From positions 95,047 to 159,046 of the forward strand of contig JAZKFH010000024.1 in the NCBI GenBank assembly GCA_040386535.1: 64,000 bases of DNA, written 5' to 3'. A program made the position numbers and the translations under genes. Source of the stretch: Myxococcota bacterium. Its GTDB lineage: Bacteria; Myxococcota_A; UBA796; SXON01. The notes below the pieces were generated by a model. The model saw nothing but the letters and a program-made list of their open reading frames with translations, was not told where the DNA came from and ran no database searches. Shown piece after piece: positions 57,222 to 64,000 of the stretch. How positions within the stretch are numbered: the first letter of the stretch is position 1; each line of letters opens with the position of its first letter.

Positions 57222-59429
57222 CTACTCGACCACGACCTCCAACGTCCCGCCCGCCACGATATCCCGGTGCTGGAACGTGGCGCCGGTCAGCGCCCGCCCG
57301 TTCAGCCGCACCTCGACGATGTGGTCCCCGCTCCCGATGCGGCGGGTGGTGAACTCGCCGCCCTCGACTGCGAAGCGGACCTCCTCGAACAAGGGCGCGC
57401 TCACGACGTACGTGGTGGTGCCGGCGATGGGGTAGAAGCCCATGGCCGCGAAGACGTACCAGGCGGAGAGCGTGCCGGCGTCGTCATTGCCGGCGAGCCC
57501 GACCGGCGCGGCCGCGTAGTGGTTCTCGGCGATCCAGCGCACCCACTTCCAGGTCGCGTCGCGATCGCCCCAGAGCGCGAACAACCACGCCGCGTGAATG
57601 TCGGGCTCATTTCCGTGCCAGTAGTAGGTCTGCGGGAAGTCGAGCACGCCCTCCTTCTCCGCCTCGACGAAGAAGGTGTCGAGCTTTGCGAGCGCGGCGT
57701 CCCGGCCGCCCAACACGTCCGCCAGCGCGTCCGGTTGGAACCACCCCATCCAGAGGTATTGCCAGGAATTGCCCTCGGTGTACTCGTGCGCCCAGGCAAA
57801 CTCGTTGAAGGGCGCGAACGTGCCATCGGACAGGCGCGCGTGGAAGAAGCCGACGGCGGGGTCGTACTGGTTGCGCCACGTGTAGGAGCGCCACGCAAAG
57901 TGCGCGGCGGCGTCGGGCTCCCCGAGGGACTGGGCCAGCTGCGCGAGGGCGTGATCGGCCCAGGCGTTCTCCTGGGTCCAGGCCACGCTGGCGCCCACGA
58001 GATCAGAGGGGTAGTACCCGTACCGTTCGAGCGTCGGCACGTCGGGGCGGGCGTTGTACGGGATGGATCCGAGGCCCATGGCCTGATCGAACAGGCGCGG
58101 CCACGCGCTCTCCATGTCCCAATCGGTGACCCCCTTGACCCACGTGTCCGCGAGCACGATGTCGGCGGGCGCGCCCAACATCACCTCGCTGTCCTTGTTG
58201 GCGACGGGCCACGCCGGAAACGCGCCGCCCTCCTCCGCCATGGCGAGCAGGGAGCGGGCGAAGTCCCTCGACTTCTCGCGGTAGAGCAGGTTGTAGAGGG
58301 GGTGGGCCGTGCGGTACGTGTCCCAGAGCGAGAAGTCGTTGTGGTAGGCCCACCCCTCGGCCTCGCGGATCGTCCCGTCGAAGCTGGCGTAGCGGCCGTC
58401 CGCGTCGCCGTGCTCCTGGGGCATCTGGAGCGCGTGGTACAGCGCCGTCGCGAAGATGGCGCGCTCGGTGTCGGTGGCGCCCTCGATCTCGACCCGATCG
58501 AGCGCCACTTCCCACGCATCCCACGCGTCGGCCGCGGTGCCCTCGATGGCCTGGGGCCCAAGGTCGGCCTCCAGGTTGGCGCGGGCGCCTTCGGGGCCGG
58601 TGAGCGAGATGGCGACGCGGATCGAGGGGTCCCGGGACACCGGCACGATCCAGGCGCCGAGATTGATGCCGGTCGCGGCGGCGCGGCCCTCCACGCCCTC
58701 GTCGTCCGCCCAGGTGCCGAAGGACGCGATGCCCTCGTCGAACACCGCGAAGAACCAGATCGGGAACCCCTCGCCGTTGAACGACCCGGAGTTGATCATC
58801 TTGCCGGCGACCGTGCCGCGCGCCAGATCGACCGTGAGCTCGCCGCCGAGGCTCGATCCGAACAGGTTGTGCTCCAGATCGATGAGCACGACGGGCTCGC
58901 CCGCGGCGTCGCCGGGGAAGGTGTAGCTGTGGTGCGCGGCGTGGCGGGTGGCCGCCAACGTGACCTCGATGCCGTTCGCGAGCGTCACGCCGTAGGCGCC
59001 GGGCTCGGCCCACTCGTCGTCGTGGGAGAACTCGGTGCGGTAGCCCTCCTCCTCGCGCTTGTCGGGGTCCCACCCGAGCGTCGGCATGAACAGGATGTTC
59101 CCGTAGTCGGGAACGCCGGTGCCGTGCATGCGGAAGTGGGAGAACCCCTCGATGTAGGTGTCGTCGTAGTAGTAGCCGGAGCAGTGGTAGGCCCCGAGCC
59201 CGCCCCACGACGCCGACGTGTCGGGGCCGACCTTCACCATGCCGAAGGGCACGGTGGCGCCGGGGTGTGACGAGCCGACGCGGTAGCCGGGCCCGCCCGT
59301 GGCGATGAAGGGGTCGACGTCCTCGACGAGGGGGCTGGACGCGGGCGGGCCCTCCTCGACCGGCGCACATGCCGCGAGGAAGGCCAGGATTCCTACGTGG
59401 AGCGCCGCGTTACGGCGCGACCCACTCAA
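57222..59429 (-). CDS. GH92 family alpha-mannosidase lipoprotein
   Basis: VDPFIATGG, PGATVPFGMV, FSLWDTYR, EGNSWQY, HGNEP, GNDDAGTLSAWY; FLAAC lipobox; start TTG 59429 or ATG 59453. Confidence 0.9.
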   Translation of the reverse strand: MSGSRRNAALHVGILAFLAACAPVEEGPPASSPLVEDVDPFIATGGPGYRVGSSHPGATVPFGMVKVGPDTSASWGGLGAYHCSGYYYDDTYIEGFSHFRMHGTGVPDYGNILFMPTLGWDPDKREEEGYRTEFSHDDEWAEPGAYGVTLANGIEVTLAATRHAAHHSYTFPGDAAGEPVVLIDLEHNLFGSSLGGELTVDLARGTVAGKMINSGSFNGEGFPIWFFAVFDEGIASFGTWADDEGVEGRAAATGINLGAWIVPVSRDPSIRVAISLTGPEGARANLEADLGPQAIEGTAADAWDAWEVALDRVEIEGATDTERAIFATALYHALQMPQEHGDADGRYASFDGTIREAEGWAYHNDFSLWDTYRTAHPLYNLLYREKSRDFARSLLAMAEEGGAFPAWPVANKDSEVMLGAPADIVLADTWVKGVTDWDMESAWPRLFDQAMGLGSIPYNARPDVPTLERYGYYPSDLVGASVAWTQENAWADHALAQLAQSLGEPDAAAHFAWRSYTWRNQYDPAVGFFHARLSDGTFAPFNEFAWAHEYTEGNSWQYLWMGWFQPDALADVLGGRDAALAKLDTFFVEAEKEGVLDFPQTYYWHGNEPDIHAAWLFALWGDRDATWKWVRWIAENHYAAAPVGLAGNDDAGTLSAWYVFAAMGFYPIAGTTTYVVSAPLFEEVRFAVEGGEFTTRRIGSGDHIVEVRLNGRALTGATFQHRDIVAGGTLEVVVE

Positions 59430-60906
59430 GCTCGACGGTGTACGGCTGCTCATCGGTGCCAAGATAGCCCAAGGCGAGCAGGTAGTACGTGACATCCGGC
59501 TCGAGCGTCACCACCGACTCGCACACCTCGGGGTTGGCGCTGGTCAGGCAGTAGGTGGTGCCGAACGAGCTGAACAGGTCGATGACGCCGTACTCCGGGT
59601 CGTTGTACCAGATGCCGAAGTCGAGGTCGGCCTCGGCGTCCCCCCAGCCCGCGATCATGCGGACGTACATCGACTCGGGCACGGTGAACGCGAACGCGTC
59701 GGAGTCGTTGGTGCCGTTCCAGCCGCTCGTGGCGGGATCGAGCACGGCCGACCCGCTCACGATGTCGACATAACCGAGGCCCGTGAGCATCCCGAGCTCC
59801 TGGGACACCAGGCTCTCCATGATGAGCGTGTACTCGGCGGGATCGATCTCCGCGACGGTGGTGTCGGGGAGGGTCTCGGTGACCTGCTGCCCGATCACCT
59901 TCGGGAACACGCCGTCGAGGACGAGCGGCTCGGTCACGACCGTGGCCTCGTTGGTCGCGCCCGCCGCCACGCTCGCGGACGTGTAGAGCGCCCCGGCGGC
60001 CGGTGACGCGTTGAGCGACGTGAGCGTGCCCGCGCGGAGGTACACGGTGGCGGGGCCCTCCTCGACCGATGAGGTGGGCTGGATGAGGTCATCCGTGTCC
60101 TCGTCCGGACCCGGCGGAGTCACCGTCCGCAGCCACAAGATGCGGTACTGGCCGGACCACGTGTAGGTGGCGGGGTCATAGGCCCACGTGTTGGCGGTGG
60201 TGCCGCCCGCGGGGTCCTCCGCGACCTGCGGATCTTCGCCGAGGTAGGCGCCGACCTTGATCGTGGCGTCGTCCGGCGCCGAGCCGCTCACGACGAGCGT
60301 GTACGGGAGCGGCGTCTCGGTGTCGTCCGTGTCGGTTCCGCCGACGAGCAACACGTACGAGGTGCCGGCGACTACGTCCCAGGTCAGCTGGTAGACGCCG
60401 CCGCTGCCGTCGGTGCTGCCGGTGGTGAGCACGCCCGCGCCGGTCTCCGCGTCGTAGGTGGCGGGATCGATGAGCGCGACGGTGAGCACGTCCGCGTCGA
60501 TGGTGACGCCCGCGGTGTCCGCGGTGTCGGGGTCCACCCCGCTGCCGGGCGCGGTCGCGAACGTGAGATCGAACGTGAACGTGCCGTCCGCGATGGGCGC
60601 GAACGTGTAGTAGTCGGGATCGCCGTACGTGGCGCCGAGGCCGGGGGTCCAGCTCGCGACGTTGCCGTCGATGATCACGGTGCGGTACGTGAGCGACTTG
60701 CTCTCGTCCGCGCCGAGCGGCTGGGCGGTCTCGACGGAGTTGTTGGTGCGGCCGTCCGAGACCGTGACCGGCGGGATCGTGAGCGTGCCCGTGAGCACGG
60801 TGCGATCGATGCCGACCTCGTCGGGGAGGCAGCCGGACAGCGTCGTGACGGAGAGGGTCGTGACCGAGAGCGTCGCGAGGGAGAGCAGGAGGGAGGTGGG
60901 ACGCAT
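59410..60906 (-). CDS. Hypothetical acidic, Thr-rich lipoprotein (possible PPC-like domains)
   Basis: LSGC lipobox; D.DYY.F and D.DAFAF...ADLD motifs; starts 3 nt after the receptor stop. Confidence 0.65.
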   Translation of the reverse strand: MRPTSLLLSLATLSVTTLSVTTLSGCLPDEVGIDRTVLTGTLTIPPVTVSDGRTNNSVETAQPLGADESKSLTYRTVIIDGNVASWTPGLGATYGDPDYYTFAPIADGTFTFDLTFATAPGSGVDPDTADTAGVTIDADVLTVALIDPATYDAETGAGVLTTGSTDGSGGVYQLTWDVVAGTSYVLLVGGTDTDDTETPLPYTLVVSGSAPDDATIKVGAYLGEDPQVAEDPAGGTTANTWAYDPATYTWSGQYRILWLRTVTPPGPDEDTDDLIQPTSSVEEGPATVYLRAGTLTSLNASPAAGALYTSASVAAGATNEATVVTEPLVLDGVFPKVIGQQVTETLPDTTVAEIDPAEYTLIMESLVSQELGMLTGLGYVDIVSGSAVLDPATSGWNGTNDSDAFAFTVPESMYVRMIAGWGDAEADLDFGIWYNDPEYGVIDLFSSFGTTYCLTSANPEVCESVVTLEPDVTYYLLALGYLGTDEQPYTVELEWVAP

Positions 60907-60909
60907 GGT

Positions 60910-63639
60910 TTAGAACTCCCCGCGCAGGCCGAGCTGGAGGTATCGAGGATCCTGGCGCGTGAGCGGCGTGCCGAAGGCGGGGAACCCGTCGTCGCCGAGG
61001 TAGGGCCCCGTGCCGCTCGCGTCGTTGTAGGCGGTCTCGACGCCGGTGATGGTGCGGTCGTCGAGCACGTTGAAGACCTCGATCGTCACGTCCCACGTGG
61101 TGGGGCCGGCGACCAGGGTGATGCCCGCCTTCAGATCCAACTGGGATTGGAGCGGCAGGCGGTACGTACCGTCCACCGGGCCGCCGAGGTTGCTCCAGCT
61201 CTGGTAGAAGGCGTTGTAGTACCGGGGCGAATAGGGCGTGCCCGACATCATGTTGAAGTTCCAGCCGCCGAGCAGGCCCACCTTGACCGTGTCACTGATG
61301 CGGAAGGTGTCCGGCTTGCGCAGGGAGCCCGCCAGCTTCAGGTTGTGGGTGCGGTCGTAGGAGAGAAGCCCGGTCTCGAACAGGGTCTGCTCGGGGATGT
61401 CTCCGGCGCCCGAAGCGTACTGGGCGTCGTTCGTACCGTACGCGCGGCTCCAGGTGTAGCTGCCGAGCACGCCGAAGTTCTCGTCGAACTGCTTGACCAT
61501 GCTCACCTCGATCGAGGTGTAGGAGGTGAAGAGCTCGGACGGCGTGCGGATGCGGTACACCGACTCGTTCACGCCGTTGCGGTACCCGATGACATCGGTG
61601 CCGTCGGCGTTCCAGACCATGTTGACCTCGTCGTCCTCCCAGAAGCGCGTGGCGCGCTCGTAGGTGAACGTCGCGTCCACCGCGAAGCCGCCGCCCACGT
61701 CGCGGCCGATGCCGACGTCGATCTCGTCGGAGTACGGGTTCTTCAGGCCGTCCGCCTGGAGGTTGGTCCCCGCGTCTGATTGTGCGGGCTCGTTGGCCCA
61801 GTCGCCCGCCTCGGCGTCCCAGTAGGTGAGCGTGTTTCCGTACGCCCGCTTGTGGAGCAGATCGGAGACCGCGAGGTAGCCGGTGTCGAAGAAGCGGCCG
61901 TAGTAGGCGTGCAGGTTGGTCCGCCCGTCATTCGTCAGGTCGAACGCGGCGCCGAGGCGCGGTGCGAACGTGATGGACGAATAGGCGGTGCTCCCGAGGT
62001 CATCGGCGATGCGCGAATAATCCATGCGCACGCCGGGCCGCACGGTCAGGCGCGGAAACGGATTCCACACGTCCTGGACGTAGGCGCTCACGAGCAGGCC
62101 GGTGAGATAACTCTCCTCGTCCCCGGTGTAGGCCTGGAGCGCGGTGTTCTCGTAGCCCTCGATGTCGTCGGGCCCGCCCTCGCCGTAGCTCTTGTAGACG
62201 ATGTGCCCCTCTCCGGGGTACGCGTCGTCATTGATCAGGTACTCGGCGTTGAGGCCGACCTTGAAGGCGTGCTCGCCGAGGAGCGTGCCGTACTGGGTGA
62301 AGTTGGTCTGCGCCGACCCACGGTACCGGTGCGAGATGTAGCCGTACGGGAACGCGCCGCCGTTGAAGCCGTCCGGATCCCAGGCGAGCCACGCCGAATC
62401 GCCGAGGTTCTCGATGCAGCCGGGAAGGTCGGCTTCCCCCTTGCAAGCGACCGTGTAGTACGCGATGTCGCTCTGCTGCCAGTAGATCTGGGACTGGAGG
62501 ATCGACGTGGGCGAAGGCGTGAAGATGTGCCCGGCGGACACGACGTAGCCGCCCTGCTCCTGGATGGTCTCGCCGGCGGGGAGCGTGTAGGGCGCGCCGT
62601 AGAACACCTCGGTGTTCTCGATGTAGGTCGGGTCGCTCTGCGCCTGGATCCAGAGGCGGTGCTTGGACGAGGGCGCCCAGGTCAACTTCCCGAACAGGTA
62701 GGCCGACTTCCACTCGCGCGGCAGCGGATCCTCGGGGCGCTCGAACGCGAGCGAGACCGCGTCACGCTTCAGATCCCCCTGGAGGCTGGCGAAGAACCAG
62801 AGCTTGTCCTTGACGATCGGGCCGCCGAGGTTGAGCGCCAGGCTGGTGCCGAAGTAATCGTCCGGCTCCTCCTCGTCGGGGAGGAGTGTGTAGACCTGGA
62901 GCTGCTTGTTCGTGTAGAGGAACTGGGCGTCGCCGTGGAATTCGTTGCCGCCGGAGCGCGTCACGATGTTGATCGCGCCGCCGAGCGAACGGCCGTACTC
63001 GGCGTCCATGCCGCCGGTGATGACCTGCACCTCTTCGATCGCGTCGAAGTTCATGTTCTGCGAGAACGTGCCGGTCATCGGGTCGGTGTTGTTCACACCG
63101 TCGACGTAGAACTGATTTCCGTCATCGAACGCGCCGCGCACGTTGGGGTTGGCCCCGCCGGTGACACCGGGCGCGAGCGCCGAGGCGCCCTGGTAGCTGC
63201 GGCCCTGGTTGGGGATGTCGCGCAGGGTCTCGCGGGTGAGCACCGCGCCGGTCTGCACCTTCTGGGTGTCGACCGCGGGCTTCACGTACTCGACGGTGAG
63301 TTCCTCGCCGGCGGTGGCGAGCCGGAGGACGCCCGTGAACTCGGCGGTGCCGCCCGAAGAAACGAGCAGCCCGGCGGCGCGGTAGCCGAGGAACCCGCTC
63401 TTGACGATCGTGACTTCGTACGCACCGGGAGGCAGCGCCACGAAGCGGAAGTAGCCCTCGTCGTCGGCTTGCGCGGTCGCGCCGCCGAGGTAATTGGGGC
63501 TCTCCACCGACACGGTCGCGCCGGGGATGGGGAGGCCGTCGGAGTCGACCACCTGGCCGCGAATCTGGCCGGTGACCTCGACAGCGAGGGCAGGGCGCGT
63601 CGCGAGTAGCGCGATCAGCGTCAACGAAGAGGTGAACAA
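60910..63639 (-). CDS. Oar-like TonB-dependent receptor with N-terminal carboxypeptidase-regulatory-like domain
   Basis: G.I.G.V.D..G.PIPGATV, EEVQVITGGMDAEYGRS.GG.IN.VT.SG.N.FHG, GGPIVKDKLWFF, C-terminal Phe; start TTG 63639 (GGAG RBS) or 63657. Confidence 0.85.
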   Translation of the reverse strand: MFTSSLTLIALLATRPALAVEVTGQIRGQVVDSDGLPIPGATVSVESPNYLGGATAQADDEGYFRFVALPPGAYEVTIVKSGFLGYRAAGLLVSSGGTAEFTGVLRLATAGEELTVEYVKPAVDTQKVQTGAVLTRETLRDIPNQGRSYQGASALAPGVTGGANPNVRGAFDDGNQFYVDGVNNTDPMTGTFSQNMNFDAIEEVQVITGGMDAEYGRSLGGAINIVTRSGGNEFHGDAQFLYTNKQLQVYTLLPDEEEPDDYFGTSLALNLGGPIVKDKLWFFASLQGDLKRDAVSLAFERPEDPLPREWKSAYLFGKLTWAPSSKHRLWIQAQSDPTYIENTEVFYGAPYTLPAGETIQEQGGYVVSAGHIFTPSPTSILQSQIYWQQSDIAYYTVACKGEADLPGCIENLGDSAWLAWDPDGFNGGAFPYGYISHRYRGSAQTNFTQYGTLLGEHAFKVGLNAEYLINDDAYPGEGHIVYKSYGEGGPDDIEGYENTALQAYTGDEESYLTGLLVSAYVQDVWNPFPRLTVRPGVRMDYSRIADDLGSTAYSSITFAPRLGAAFDLTNDGRTNLHAYYGRFFDTGYLAVSDLLHKRAYGNTLTYWDAEAGDWANEPAQSDAGTNLQADGLKNPYSDEIDVGIGRDVGGGFAVDATFTYERATRFWEDDEVNMVWNADGTDVIGYRNGVNESVYRIRTPSELFTSYTSIEVSMVKQFDENFGVLGSYTWSRAYGTNDAQYASGAGDIPEQTLFETGLLSYDRTHNLKLAGSLRKPDTFRISDTVKVGLLGGWNFNMMSGTPYSPRYYNAFYQSWSNLGGPVDGTYRLPLQSQLDLKAGITLVAGPTTWDVTIEVFNVLDDRTITGVETAYNDASGTGPYLGDDGFPAFGTPLTRQDPRYLQLGLRGEF

Positions 63640-63938
63640 GCGGTGTCTCCCGTGCAACGCGTCGTGTACCTCAGGGGGGTCGGGGCGGTCAAGAACGCGG
63701 GAATGTCGCTGTGCGGCTCGTGCTGCGGGGCCCGTGGCGTCGCTCCGGAGGACAAACAAGACGGCGCACCAGCAAAAGAGCAGCTATCCCCACAAGAAGC
63801 AGACATGCAGGGGTAGCGATTGGAGGATGCCTTCCTTCCGAAGCGGCAACATGTGCCGACCAGAAGGAACAAGAAGATTTGGAAAACAACTTACTGCCTT
63901 CGTTTCCTGCCTTCCTGATTGTCCACTCTGGTCTCGGG

Positions 63939-64000
63939 GGCAGGAGGCAGGAGGCAGGAGGCAGGAGGCAGGAGGCAGGAGGCAGGAGGCAGGAGGCAGG
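63939..64000 (+). repeat. Heptamer tandem repeat (GGCAGGA)n, about 9 copies, truncated by window end
   Basis: Perfect repeat read directly; preceded by TTTCCTGCCTTCCTG at 63903-63917. Confidence 0.95.

Overview
High-GC (roughly 70%, estimated by eye), densely coding bacterial chromosome segment with about 49 CDS. Its many Asp/Cys-rich MopE-like repeat proteins, MYXO-CTERM-like tails, DUF2330 proteins and Oar-like receptor suggest a Myxococcota-like organism (inference). No rRNA, tRNA, CRISPR array, transposase, integrase or prophage was recognised. Main blocks: lipid/membrane genes, an ABC-F ATPase and an HTTM pair (1-5.4 kb); secreted lipoproteins and Cys/Asp-repeat surface proteins (5.3-25.4 kb), interrupted by an ALDH-fold gene that has lost both catalytic residues and sits directly upstream of arginase; an ABC-2 exporter divergent from a four-gene operon of S51 peptidase, esterase, ATP-grasp ligase and esterase (25.7-32.6 kb); a duplicated palindromic intergenic element; a TraB-like OmpA protein coupled to a MYXO-CTERM repeat protein (32.9-38.1 kb); a dispersed but complete reductive pyrimidine catabolism set (38.2-51.8 kb); an acyl-CoA ligase, two DUF2330 paralogues and a TonB-dependent receptor/lipoprotein/GH92 unit (51.9-63.7 kb); and a (GGCAGGA)n tract running off the end. 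Best candidates for undescribed biology: the ATP-grasp/esterase/S51 operon, the pseudo-ALDH plus arginase pair, and the TraAB-like pair. All family calls come from reading motifs by eye, with no database searches; several start codons were re-picked from RBS and signal-peptide context.
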